From contig OZ251233.1 in NCBI GenBank assembly GCA_965240325.2, forward strand, positions 806,001 to 870,000: a DNA stretch of 64,000 nucleotides, read 5' to 3'. This document shows, one piece after another, positions 1 to 11,900 of the stretch. Numbering within the stretch: position 1 is the stretch's first letter; every line of letters starts with the position of its first letter. The translations under genes were made by a program, and so were the position numbers. The notes under the pieces were generated by a model, which was not told the DNA's origin, searched no databases, and saw nothing but the letters and a program-made list of their open reading frames with translations. This stretch comes from Rebecca billardiae RCC1528 (Eukaryota > Protista > Haptophyta).

Positions 1-1123
1 ACGCGTCGGCGACAAAGACCTTGCGGCGCACGTCGTAGTCAAACTTGTTGAACGTGTCGTAGATCATCTTCTCCTTGGAGAGCTGGAAGTTCCACGAGCC
101 GTAGTGCTTGCCCACCTCCGTCAGCATCGACTTCTTCATCTCCGCCGTCGTGCGCAGGATCTCCGCCGACTCCTCGAGCCGCTTGTCCACCTCCGCCGTC
201 ATCGTCGCCTTGTCGGCGGCCATGTCGGGGTAGGCGTAGAGCGTGCCGCCAAAGTAGGTGGCGATCTTCGAGATCTTGCTCTTGAGCATCTCGCCCGCGA
301 CGAAGATCTGCGCGCGGTGTGCGTGCGGCGCGCGGCGCGAGGGCGGCACGCGGTGAGCGTCGGGCGCGCGCGCACGCGCCGCGCCGCGCGCCGCGCGCCG
401 CGCGCCGCGCGGGCTCGGCGACGCTGCGGGCTCCGAGCGCAGCCGCGGCGCACGCACCATGAAGAAGTCCTTCTCGACCTCGTGCTTCTCGTGCGTCTTG
501 AGGTCGTAGTCGTGGAGGACCTCGTCGATCGGCTTCGAGTTCACGATCGCGTTGCCGCGCGTCGAGCGGAACACCACGCGCTGGAACGACTGCATCGACA
601 TGCGCGGCATCACGCCGGCGACGTACGAGAGCATCGTCGTCGCCGTCGCCGACGCAAAGTCGGTGATCTCGAGCTCGCCGGCCGAGATGCCCTCGACGGC
701 GGAGCCCGGGGCCTGGGCGGCGTAGATCTTGCCGCCCAGGTCGAGCACGTACTTCTGCTCGCGCAGCGCGTTGTGGTTCTTGAGCAGCACCATCTCCTGC
801 TGCGTCATGTGATCGAGCTCCTCCTCCTTCTCCGAGAGCATCGCCGCGAGCGCCTCCGTGGAGGACACCTCGCTCGTGTCCTCGGAGACCGGCACGCCCG
901 ACTCATCGAGAGCGTCCTTGAGCGCTTTGAGCTTGCGGCCCGTCTCCTCAGCGTGCTTCACCTCCTCGGTGAACGCGCGCTTGTGGAATGGCTGGCCCGC
1001 GTTGAGGTCGCGGAACTCCACCAGGCCACACTCGCCAAAGGCCTCCACGACCGAGTGCGCAGCGTCGTTCTGCACGATCATCTGCACCAGCTGCATCTTC
1101 TCGGAGCGGAAGATCGTCCCCAT
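1..1123 (-). CDS. ATP6V0A: V-type H+-ATPase V0 subunit a (Vph1/Stv1 family), 5' part; continues off the window start
   Basis: ATG at 1123 gives MGTIFRSEKMQLVQMIVQNDAAHSVVEAFGECGLVEFRDLN...KRAFTEEVK, the classic subunit-a N-terminus (FRSExM...FRDLN). Removing GT-AG intron 457..308 joins EKDFFM to IFVAGEMLKSKISKIATYFGGTLY. Confidence 0.95.
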   Translation of the reverse strand, partial: MGTIFRSEKMQLVQMIVQNDAAHSVVEAFGECGLVEFRDLNAGQPFHKRAFTEEVKHAEETGRKLKALKDALDESGVPVSEDTSEVSSTEALAAMLSEKEEELDHMTQQEMVLLKNHNALREQKYVLDLGGKIYAAQAPGSAVEGISAGELEITDFASATATTMLSYVAGVMPRMSMQSFQRVVFRSTRGNAIVNSKPIDEVLHDYDLKTHEKHEVEKDFFMVRAPRLRSEPAASPSPRGARRAARGAARARAPDAHRVPPSRRAPHAHRAQIFVAGEMLKSKISKIATYFGGTLYAYPDMAADKATMTAEVDKRLEESAEILRTTAEMKKSMLTEVGKHYGSWNFQLSKEKMIYDTFNKFDYDVRRKVFVADA

Positions 1124-1450
1124 GGCTGCAGACGCCCCCCTGGGCCCTCGCGCTGCGCGGTGCTGCTCTCCACCACCACCACCTTCGGCACTCCGATGAA
1201 GGCCGAGTGATTGCGGGGTCTGCAGTGCAGCGCGGGCAGGCCTGCCCGGGCGGGGCCGCAGCGAGGGTATCGGGCGAAAGTCCGGGAGGTCCCGAATCCC
1301 GCGCTGCCCAAGGGCTTGGTCCGGGTGGACCTCCTGAGTCCGGGAACTGGGCAGCCGCCATCGTCGCAGCTTGGCTTGCAGCGGTTTTTTAGTCTTGCAG
1401 CGGCGCAGGCAGTTGCACGCACTCGACCGGCGGGGTCGCGAAGCGTGACC
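1124..1450. promoter_or_regulatory. Probable bidirectional promoter between V-ATPase a and LC8
   Basis: 327 bp separate the two divergent ATGs. Confidence 0.55.
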
Positions 1451-1922
1451 ATGGCCGTGCGCGATGTCGTCAAGATGTGCGACATGCCCGAAGAAATGGA
1501 GCAAGGTACGCGCGTCCGATTGCTCCGCACGCCAAGTCCCGGCGAGCGCAGCGCCGTTTGGCAGCGGCTGAACGCGCCGCGCCCGCTGTCGCTGTGACCG
1601 CCCGCGCAGATGCCATTGAGGTGGGAGGCAGGGGCCTCGACGAGCTCAACTCGGAGAAAGAGGTTGCACAATATCTCCGCTCGTACTTTGTCAACAAGGT
1701 GCGAGCACGTGCGCACCGCGCATCGCTGCCGGCCGCCGCTGATCAGAGCGCGTCGTGCGCGCTTCGCTCTGGCGGCCGGCGTTGTGTGCATGTGCGCAGT
1801 ATGGGGGCGTGTGGCACTGCATCGTTGGGCGCAACTTTGGCTCGTTCGTGACGCACGAAGCAAAACACCAGATCTACTTCTACAGGGGACAAACAGCGAT
1901 CTTGCTCTTCAAAACGGGCTGA
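1451..1922 (+). CDS. DYNLL: Dynein light chain LC8 family protein (3 exons: 1451-1505, 1610-1698, 1800-1922)
   Basis: Splicing two GT-AG introns gives [24 protein letters not shown]...[66 protein letters not shown] is the LC8 signature. Confidence 0.96.
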
Positions 1923-2449
1923 CACGACAGCGGCTCGCACACATGGGGTGTGTTGAAGCTCGCCGAGTCCACGGCAGGCCTCGCTTCTCGCCGGTCCGGG
2001 CGGCACTGTCGCACGGTGCCGTCGCCGTTATCGCTGCGATTACGGGTACCGCGATGATGATGGGGCGGCGGGGCCGTGGATGGCATCAGGCCTTCCGCAT
2101 CGACAGTCGACATTCCGGGCGTGGCGGCAGGCGGACCGGACTCTGGAGACAGGAGAGTGCGCGCCAGCGCGAACGCGGGTCCGCCGGTGAGCGTCGCACA
2201 GCCCGGTCTCGGATCGGCGAGTGGGCGAGTGGCGGCGGATGCAGTCACAGACGCCGTTGTGTCAGTGGCACATGGTCTGCAGCGTGTGGACCCGTGCCGC
2301 AGCACATTCGCTCCTGAGAAGCCTGCTAGTTATGCCACATCGGCACATGTCAATACACGGTCGGATGTGACTTTCGGCACCTGGTCCTGGTCCTGCGCCG
2401 GCCGCTGCGCTCCGGACTTTCTGGGGTGAAGATCGGAATACGCGCCAGC

Positions 2450-3586
2450 ATGGTGCCGCTGGCGTGCTGCCTTGTCGCCGCGGTGACGAACGGTGTGGCG
2501 GGCTCGAACCTTGTGCAACGCGCCCTCGTTGGCGCTCTCCAGTCCGTGGTCGACTCACCGCTGTACCGCCAGGTCGTCGTGCCGCAGGCACGCGCCACCA
2601 TGGTGCGCACGGCTGAAGCGAACGGGATCGACTGGGGCGGAGCGCTGGACTGGATCCGCGCGCAGGGCTTCGACGAGGCCGAGGTAGATTCGCTTGCGCG
2701 CGGCGTCGAGGTGCCCGCGTACTACCGCGCGCCGTTTCACGCTTACGACGAGGGTAACCTGTGCTTCGAGGCCGCGTGGGAGCAGGAGATTGCGAGCGCG
2801 GCGGTGGGCGCGCGCAACTTTCCGCTCGCGCCCGACGGCGAGGAGGCCTTCCGCACGAGCTTCGACGAGGCGCTCGCGTCGATCGGGGCGACGTGCCCGG
2901 AGGGCGGCGTGCTGGTCGACGTGGGCTGCGGCACGGGCACCTCCACCCGCCGCCTCGCGCGCCAGTTCCCGCGCGCCGCCTCCGTGCTTGGCCTCGACCT
3001 CTCTCCGCACATGGTGGCGGTCGGGCGCCGGCTGCTGCAGCTCGCGCCGGCCGACCGCACGCGCGGCGAGTGGATCACGCGCGTGGAGCACGACGCGCGG
3101 ATCTCGCTCGAGGTGCGTGACGCCGCGCGCACGCAGCTCGCCGACGAGAGCGTCGACGTCGTCGCGCTCACCCTCGTGATCCACGAGCTGCCGCCGGCCG
3201 AGATTGGCCGCGCGTGCCGCGAGGCGCTGCGCGTGCTGCGGCCCGGCGGCCAGCTGTGGGTGTGCGAGATGGACTTCGAGACGGATGGATACGTCAAGCT
3301 GCGCGCGAACCCTCTCCTCTTCTCCCTCATCCGCTCGACGGAGCCCTACCTGGACGAGTACGCTGAGTACCACCCAAAACTGGCGAGCGAGCTCGCGGAC
3401 ATGGGATTCGGCAGCGTGCGGCTCGTGGCCGCGACGGGCAGGCATTTTGCACTCGTCGCGACCAAGCGGCGTGCGGGCGAGGAGGGGCTCGAGGCGGTGG
3501 TGGATGACCGGCGCGCCGAGACAGCAAAGGCGGACACGCACCTGCAGACGTGGGAGGCGCGCCGGCAACCCGACGACCCGCAGTAA
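2450..3586 (+). CDS. Class I SAM-dependent methyltransferase (UbiE/Methyltransf_11-like), possible signal/plastid targeting peptide
   Basis: Motif I LVDVGCGTGTST, then VLGLDLSPHM, DARTQLADESVDVV and LRVLRPGG. The PAYYRAPFHAYDEGNL block resembles cyanobacterial/algal methyltransferases. Hydrophobic N-terminus from ATG 2450. Confidence 0.9.
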   Translation: MVPLACCLVAAVTNGVAGSNLVQRALVGALQSVVDSPLYRQVVVPQARATMVRTAEANGIDWGGALDWIRAQGFDEAEVDSLARGVEVPAYYRAPFHAYDEGNLCFEAAWEQEIASAAVGARNFPLAPDGEEAFRTSFDEALASIGATCPEGGVLVDVGCGTGTSTRRLARQFPRAASVLGLDLSPHMVAVGRRLLQLAPADRTRGEWITRVEHDARISLEVRDAARTQLADESVDVVALTLVIHELPPAEIGRACREALRVLRPGGQLWVCEMDFETDGYVKLRANPLLFSLIRSTEPYLDEYAEYHPKLASELADMGFGSVRLVAATGRHFALVATKRRAGEEGLEAVVDDRRAETAKADTHLQTWEARRQPDDPQ

Positions 3587-4064
3587 TAAGCTGCGTTCAG
3601 GAAAGCTGCAGTGACAGCGGCCTGACAGTGTCAGCAGTCAGCACGGGCTACGCCGTATCTACTGACGATTGCGCCGGCCGTGCGGCGTGACGCGCCTGAG
3701 GCGCGGGCGGATTGTGATATGCGGAGTACTACTGCGTCACGCCGTACGTAGACGAATGTGGCCGCCCGACTGTTGCAAGCAGGCCCGCGGACCGTGCTGG
3801 TGAATGCTGGCGCCGGCCGGCCAGATGGCGCGATGTCCATCATCGATGATCAGCAATATATTATTATAGCAGCATCGATCGGCGACGCGGTTCCCGGACT
3901 CGGTGAGACTTGACGAGTCGTCAGTGATTCACTCAGTAGCTAGACCTAGACACCGCTGCTCACTCACTCACTCGGTGGCACTATCGAGATACGGTTCCGA
4001 ACGGCCATCGTAATTCGTATCAACATACGCTACAGGCAATCGCGGGCAATAAGGAGCTGTCACG

Positions 4065-4510
4065 TTAAGAAACTGGGGCTTGCTATCTGCGGATCTGGCC
4101 TAGAAACTGAGGCTAGCGATTGGCTGGTTCGCTATACGCATAGTCACACTAAGAAACGGGGACTACGTCGTCCCGGCTGACGAGTGGTCCGCCGAGGGGC
4201 GAGGGCGGCGAGGCGCAGTCGGCCCGTCGGGGACGCGGCGCGCGGCCCGACTACGAGTACAGGCCAAGTCCCGACTTCTCCTGATGACTGACTCCTGGCC
4301 AGTGCACCGCAGCATCCATGCAACATCATGCCAGATTTGCTCCAAAAAGGCCCAAAATTTTCGTCGGCCTCGCCGGCCGGGCCTAAAGACTCAGCGGGGG
4401 GCTCTGCCCCCCTGCGCCGGCCCCGCGCCTGCGCGGCGGGCGGACCTAGCTAAGAAACTGAGACTCCGTAGGCGCTCGGGCTACCGAACGGCTAAGAAAC
4501 CGAGACTAGC
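4065..4510 (+). repeat. Five dispersed copies of a ~15-bp motif (C)TA(A)GAAACNGRGRCT
   Basis: Copies start at ~4066, 4100, 4149, 4450 and 4492. Confidence 0.6.
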
Positions 4511-5017
4511 CGTGAGATCTCTGACTTCTTATTGCCCGCGATTGCCTGTAGCGATATCGGCCTGGAGGAGGTCCGCGTCGGGCGTCTCCCAAACAAAGCA
4601 GCTGCTGGTCGTTTGCTGCTGCGCTGCTGCGTGGTGCACGTGCGCAGCCGAGGGACGACTTGCTGAGACGAGTTGATGGTGGGCATCCTGTGGTCGAAGG
4701 ACGAGGCGAGAGACTGTACCTGGCGCGCTACGTCCTCGATCTAAACTCGTGCGGCCCGGAGTACCGGTGATGCTGACGGGAGCAGCGTCGGCCTGTGAGC
4801 GGCCAGCGCGTCATTCTGACCGCTGCAACACCAGCATGCGCTCTATGGCATTGATGAGCGAGCTAGCAAAGCGCTCGACCCGCCAAAGCAGCAAATTGGC
4901 ACTTGGGGGCCATGCTGATGCTGTCCCGTGTACGCACGTTGTGTGAACGGGAGCAGCATCTGCAGCGGCAGTCGCGTGCGGCGCGGGTGTCCGGAGGTGC
5001 TGCGGGAGCTGCTCGTG

Positions 5018-5326
5018 TCATGAACACCCAGCTGTATTACTCTGTTGCGGCGGGCAAGAGCTCAGTGTGGCGGGATCGCCACTCTCGCCACCCCTCAAGC
5101 CATTCCCTGCAGCTTGCATGCCCGCCACGTGGTCCCAGAAGGCCGTCCATGCTTGTACCAGATTGCGCGTGGCGAGCATGAATACGATCCACGCGAGCAC
5201 GATGCGCAGAATGGATTTGACAGTGAACCATGGGTCGGGTCTGCCCTCCACTCGCTGCTCCTCGAGCACGGGCGTTGCGACCGGCGCCGTCGCGCCGTGC
5301 TTCCGTCGCTTGGCGCTGCCACCCAT
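5018..5326 (-). CDS. Small hypothetical single-pass membrane protein (102 aa)
   Basis: MGGSAKRRKH...WFTVKSILRIVLAWIVFMLATRNLVQAW has a basic N-terminus and one hydrophobic helix. No family recognised. Confidence 0.4.
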   Translation of the reverse strand: MGGSAKRRKHGATAPVATPVLEEQRVEGRPDPWFTVKSILRIVLAWIVFMLATRNLVQAWTAFWDHVAGMQAAGNGLRGGESGDPATLSSCPPQQSNTAGCS

Positions 5327-5914
5327 GAGATCGCTCGACAGACCCGGACGCACGGCCGCCGGCAGCCCTGCCCAGGCCGGACCAGCAAAAGCTCCGTGCC
5401 AGCAAAACTCAGCCCTGGCGGGCGGGGGGGTCGGCGGGCCGTGCCAGTGCTGTCGCAATATTTCCCCAGCGGGTTCGCGTCTTTTAGCGGATTGATGACG
5501 CAGGCAGGATGACGAATAACAATGCGACATACAGATGATGGTGAGCTACCCGACGGCACTGACGAATAATAACGCGACAGATGACTCTGGTGCGAGCTCA
5601 CCGACAGTGTGATTGCGCGTGTATTCGTGTACCCACTGCGCTACTCGTCATCGTGCTGAGCCGTCGACTGCGCGCACGCACTGCCAACTGATTGGCGTGC
5701 GACGGGCAGGCGCTTTCCAGGGGATGCCGTTTAGTTTCCGGACAGACGATAGTATATGAACTACTGGATAAGGGGTACCGGTTGGATCGCCGCCGCCAGA
5801 GTTGTGAGAATGGCAACGACGTCCCTATCTATGGAGTGCACACACAATTAAAGGGGGCGCAGCTGGGTGTCACGAATTGAAATTGTTTAAAGCTGTGATC
5901 ACCACAAAACGACG

Positions 5915-8900
5915 CTACTCGTGCCCGTCGGCGCGCGCCGCGCGCCAGATTGTGCACGAGGCGCAGCCGTCGAGCGCACACGCGAGCCGATCGTCGTCGT
6001 CGACGGCGGCGGCGGCAGCGCACGCGGCGTCGCGCACGCCGTCGTCGCAGGCCGCGTCGAGTCGCGCGAGCAGCGCCACCCAGCCCTCATCGCTCATGTG
6101 CGGCGCCATGCGCGCGCGCGTCGCGGCGTCGAGCTCGGCGACGCGCTGGCGCTCGATCTCGGCGTCCGCGCGCCACGCGGCGTTGTTGATCGCCATGAAG
6201 TTCTCGAGCGTGAGCGAGGCGGCGAGCGCAAAGTCGCGCGCGCGGCGCGGGCGCGTGAAGGCGACGTACGTCGACCTGGGCCAGAGCGCCTCGGTGTTCA
6301 GGCCGCTGCTGAAGTCGAGGTGCACGACAATGCGCTTGATCATCTCCTTCTCGCCCACGGTGATGCCCTGCACCTTGAAGAACGTCACGTGCATGCCGGG
6401 CTCGAGCGGCACCATCGTGCGCGAGCAGCAGTGGGCGTCGCAGTCCTTAGCGACGGGCGCGTACGCCACCCACGTCGGCGGCCAGCCCGCGGCAATCGGC
6501 TCGCCCTTGTACGTCGGTTGGTGCACGACGACCGCCGCCGGCTGGTGCTCGGGCGCGCCCTCGCCCGGCGCGTACATGGCGGCGACGCACGTCCCGCGCG
6601 TGGCGTTGGCGATGCCGCACGGCGCGCACAGCTCGGGGTAGCCGCCGCCGTTCGCGCAGCACACGAGCACGGACGAGGGCGCGAGGTGCGTGTACATCGG
6701 CAGCTGCCCGACTTGCTTGTTCGGGTCGCGCGAGGCGCGGCATCGGCCGACGCTCGTCGTGGCGCGCACTGTGGCGGCCGGCTCGTCGCGCGCGGCGGCC
6801 AGCGCGTCGACGCAGCGCACGTTGCCGTCGTTCACGTCGGCGCGCCGCCCCCACACGTGCATCACCTCGTCGACGCGCTCGAACAGCTCGCGCTCCTCCT
6901 CCGACATGTTGCCGAGCACGCGCGTCTGCGCCCAGTCAAAGTCTTGCCGGTCGAGCAGCCCGTGCTTCATGTGGCGTTGGAGCCGCTGCAGCGCGCGATC
7001 GTCGTCGTCGACGAGCTGCAGCCGCTTCTGCTCGGTGAGCACGATGGCGTCCACGAACTCCTGGCGGTAGCGCACGCCGCCCAGCCGCTGCAGCCCCTGC
7101 AGCCGGGCGAGCGGCCAGTCGAGGTTGTTCTTGCCGACGGGGTCGAGCTGCGACGGGTCGCCGGCTACCGTCTGATCGAAGGGCAGCATGCGCGTGAGGC
7201 GCGCGCCGGGCGCCGCCGCCGGCACGGGCATGCCGAGCGCCTGCGCAAAGTCCATCACGACGCTCTCGAACTGGCGCGCCGTGAGCATCGACGACTCGTC
7301 GATTTGCACCAGCTCGAGCGCCGAGCGCAGATCGCCACTCGCCTGGTCGACGCACGCGAGCGCGCGCAGCGCGTTGACGCGCTCGAGGCTCAAGCTGCCC
7401 GCGTCGTCAGCGCCGTTCTTCCGGTCGAGGCGCTCCGGGCACGTGCTTGCGACCGTGCGCGCGCGCGGCGACATCGAAACCGCGGCGGCGCCCGTGGGCG
7501 CGAGTCCCCCGGCGCAGCGCTCGCCGGCGGGGCGCGCGCCGAAGAGGCGGTGCGCGCAGCGCTCTTGTCCGCGCAGAACGACGCTCTTACCCGTGCCCGC
7601 CTCGCCGTGCAGCAGCAGCCGCGAATACTGAAAGTCCGGCGCGGCGCCGCTCGTCGTCGGACTCGTCGCCCGTCGGAGCATGGAGAGCAATGTCACGGCG
7701 ATGGCCGCGCGCTGGCTCGGCGACGCTCGCAGCAGCGGCACGTCCAAAGGCGCGAGCTCGAAGGACCGAACTGTCGCGTCCGTGCGCACAGCGGCGTTCG
7801 CCGTCGCGCCCGGCGTCGTCTGGCCGGCGCCGTTGGCGAGTGCGCTGTGCGCGCGCGAGGCGAGTTGGCGCGGCAGATGGTCGGCCAGCGCGCGCTCGAC
7901 ATCGGCGCCCAGCGCGGCGAGCGCCGTCGGGGCGTCACAGTCGTAAGCGGCGAGACCGCGCGCGAGCGCTTCGCGACCCGCCGCGTGCCAGTTGAAGCCC
8001 GGCGGCGCGGGTCGCACGGTGTACGTGCCCACGCCGTCGTCGGCGCCGCCGGCGAGCGCCGGCGCGACGCGCGCCGCCGATGCGAGCGCCTCGAGATCGT
8101 TGGCGGTGCGCGCGCGATCGGCGCCGTCGTCGCGCTCGCTGTCGGAGGCGTCCGTCTCGCCGTCCGCGTCGCGCGCGTCGGCAGCTGGCGCGCGCTCCTC
8201 CTGTTCGCGTTGCCGCCGCTCCGTGGCGCGCTGCCTCGCGCAAGCGGCCTGCGCGGCGCGCCGGCGCCCGCGGAAGGTGCTCGCGGTGTGCGCGTGCTTG
8301 ATGAGCTCCACGACGCCCGGCGGGAACTCGCCCGACGCCCAGCGCTCGCCCCGCGCGCGCGGCACGTGCGAGCACGGCAGCTCGTTCGCATGCGTGTCGC
8401 ACGACTCGACGGACCGACGGAGCTCGCCGTCGTCGTTCTCGTCGAGCCAGCACGCGTCGAGCAGCGCGTCGTGCGCGGACGCCGTCGGCTGGCCGTCGAG
8501 CATGACGAGCACGTCGGCCTCGGTGAACCACCGCTTGCGCGAGTGGAGCAGCAGCTGCATCGTCGCCCACCCTTGCTGCATCGGCCAGCTCACCATGTAC
8601 GTGACGCCCGTCGCCTGCACGAACAGGTTGCGCTGGCACGGGCACGTCTCTGGCGGCGACGTGTTGCGTGCGCACTGGCAACGCACGAGCCACTCGTGCA
8701 GGCTGAGCCACTCGGAGTAGCCCTCGTCGATGCGCTCCTCGCGGTAGTCGATGTACTGCTGCATGACGGGCTTCTTGGCCTCGACGCGCGACGCTGGCCA
8801 CATCGACGTCGGCGGGCGCGGCGCGGGCTCGCCGTTGGGCATCAGTGCCGTCGGGCGCGCGCGCAGCACGCGGCCGCCGCCCATGCCGACGCGCACCGGC

Positions 8901-11900
8901 CGCGCCGTCTGCCGCGTGATCGGCGTGCCCGAGTTGAGGTGGTTCGCCTGCTGGTGACGGAGCGGCACGAGGCCCACGGCGCGCAGCGCAAAGCTGTATG
9001 CGATGTTGGCGGCGGTGCGCACGTCGCCGGCCGGCGGCGGCTCGGCGGCAGCGGCGGCCGGCGCGCCGTGCGCAGCGGCTGCGCCAGGCGCGCCGAGCGA
9101 CGCGGCGGCCGGTGCGCCGGGCGGTGCGCTGTCGAGAGCGTGGTCGGGCTCGGCGGCCGGGGGCGTCGCGTCGGTCGTCGCGTGCGCCGTCGCGGCCGTG
9201 GGGTCGCTCGCGTCCGCGTCCGTCGGCGGCGGCGCCAATGCGCGCGGCTCGTTGGCATCTGTGGGCGGCGGCGGCAGGGCAGGCGGCTCGAGCAAGCTGC
9301 GGTACAGCCGCCGGCACTGATCCTCCGTGTCGTGCGTCTTGAACGCGTAGTCGCACACGTAGTGCACGTGCTCGAAGATGAGGTCGCCGGCCGAATCGCG
9401 CGTCTCCACCGCGATGATCAGCTTCGTGTCGTTGTTGCCCTGCCACGACGTTCCGCTGCGCGGCTGTGCGAGCCGTGGCCAACAGTCCGTGGGGCTCTCG
9501 TACCGGTAGTGCCGGCCGTGCTGCACGAAGTGGCCGTCGCCCGAGTCGATGGCGCGCGTCTCGGCGACCACGAGCCGCTTGTCGAACGTGGCGATGCCGA
9601 AGCGGCACTTCCAATGCGTCTCGCCGTCCTCGTCCGAGCGGATCGCCTCCTTCACCTTGTGCAGGCAGTACGAGCACATGCACGTGTGCATGCACGACGC
9701 GTTGCACGAGTCGATGCGCCACCGGAAGAGCTTGGCCTCCGAGCCGTACATCTCGGGCAGCGTGCGCGCGCACGGGTGGGCCGCGCCGCGCGGCACGCGC
9801 GCCGTGCCCGCCGGCTTGCCCCACTCCGCCGTGTTGGGCTCGTGCGCCTTGCTGTCGTCGTTCCACGTCGTGCCGGCCGGGTGGTAGGAGTCCACCTGCC
9901 AGGTCGACCAACCGTCCGCGCGGCGCACCTCGCAGCCCAGCTCGTCGTCGTGCACGTACTCGTCGGCGGCGGTCGTGTGCAGCACGGCGTGCAGCTGCGT
10001 CGCAAAGTGGCGTCGGAAGGTCTCGTCCCACTCGCGCACGCTCTTGGCGCGCTCTGCGGGGGCGCCGTCGTCATCGGCGTCGATGGGCTCCTCGGGCGGC
10101 CGACCCTCGCCCTTCTCGTCGCGCGTCGCGCGCTCGGCCTTGTCCCGCGCGCCGTTGACCGCGCGCGAGGCGGCGTGCGAAACGCCGCACCCGTGGCTGT
10201 GGATGAAGCTGCGCAGCTCGGCGTACTCGTACTTCCACATCGCGTCGTTCATGTGGTCCGCGTGGATGCCAACGGTGTTATGAAAGTTCACGCAGCGCCA
10301 GTCGAAGTACGCTGTGACGATCTGTGGCATCGAGCGGATGGCGTTGCGCAGCTGCGCGCGCGGCTTGTGCTCCCAGAGCTCGAGCGTGGTGCGGCGCGCC
10401 GCGGCGGCGTCGTTGCCCATCGCGGCGGCGGCGGCGGTGGCGTGCTCGGCGGCCGCGTCGCGCAGCGCGCGCGCGAGCGGCAGCCACCAGTACTCGGCGC
10501 ACGCGCGCGAGAAGAAGACGAACGACGGCGGCATGCACTCCATGTTCTCCACCTCGGTGAACGTGCGCTCGTGGTACATGGCCAGCATCTCCTTCATCTT
10601 GGTCTTGGTCGAGGACGAGGTGCCCGGGACGTTGCCCGTGAGGCCGTACAGCGCGTTGAAGATCGTCTCGTCGCCGGCCTCCATGCGCTCGCGCATCGTC
10701 TCGACGGGCAGGTCGGGCTCGTTCAGGTGCACGTTGATGCCAAACGCCGCCTGGCCGCTCGCCTGCTTCTGCATGCGCAGCCGTTGGAGCACGATGCCGA
10801 CGAGCGGGTGCGCGGCGACTCGGCCGGGCGCCGCCCACGTGACGTGCTCGATCCAGTGCAGCGCGTCGAGCGTCTTCTCGGTGGACAGCGTGCCGTCGCC
10901 GCCGCCGCCGGAGAAGACGCGCACGAAGAGGCCGCTCCAGAAGCCGGGGGTCTTCCACGGGTCGACGAGCGCTGCGCGTCGGCGCTGCAGCGCGGCGGCG
11001 GCGACGCCGCGGCCGGAGCGCACGTAGGCGTCGCGCGCGGCCTCGCCCACGGAGTCGGCGAGCGACTGCATCAGGGCCTCGTGCACGTCCACGTCCGCTG
11101 GGATCTGCACGAAGCCCGCGACCTCGTCGGCGTCCACCTCGGCGTCGTCGCCGGCGCGCGTCCACCGAGGGCGCCCGTTCACGTCTGCGTCGGCTGCGCC
11201 GGCGTCCGGGTGGCCCGGCGGCACGCGCACGACGAAGAGGTCGTTGGGCACGGCGCCCTCGGGGAGGCTGGCGAGGCTCTCGTGGCGCACGTTCACGTCG
11301 TGGAACGCGGGATTGGGCATTCGGTCGCGGCGGAAGAAGCGCCCGCGCAGGGGCGTGTGCGCCGCCGAGCCCGTGTGGGTCAGCACGCCGTTGTGGTCGT
11401 TGTACGGGTAGCGCACGTAGTTGGCTGCGGCCTCGCCGAGCGGCACGGCGGCGTGCCCCCCCTGCGGCACGCCGACGCACAGCGAGCGGATGGCGAGCGC
11501 CAGCCGCGATCGCGACACGACGTAGCGCTTGCGCAGCCGCCGCTCGCCGCTCGCGGTGGTGGGCACGACGACGACGTAGTCCACGTCCGTCGGCAGGCGC
11601 GGCAGCCAACGGCTCACCTTCACGTCGTCGATGAGGAAGGTGATGCAGCCGCGCTGCTCGAGGCCGGCGCCGCCCTGGAGCGCGTGCAGGGTGGCGGCGC
11701 ACGCGTACTTGCCCAGCAGCTGCAGCTCGAACTCGGTGCACGGCAGCAGGTACTCGGACACGGGCAGGAAGTGCATGTTGTTGTGGTGGAGGTCGCTGGA
11801 CATGTCGCCGGCGGGGCTGGAGAAGCCCGAGTAGGGGTGTGCCTTGAGCTCGTTGTTGTCCGGCGTGCGGCGCCGCGCCGCGCTGGTGTTCAGCGCCATG

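Noticed and set aside
104-1210. 368-aa plus-strand ORF
   Set aside because: Antisense shadow of V-ATPase subunit a.
1923-2449. Short ORFs between LC8 and the methyltransferase
   Set aside because: No consistent frame or motif. Probably UTR/promoter.
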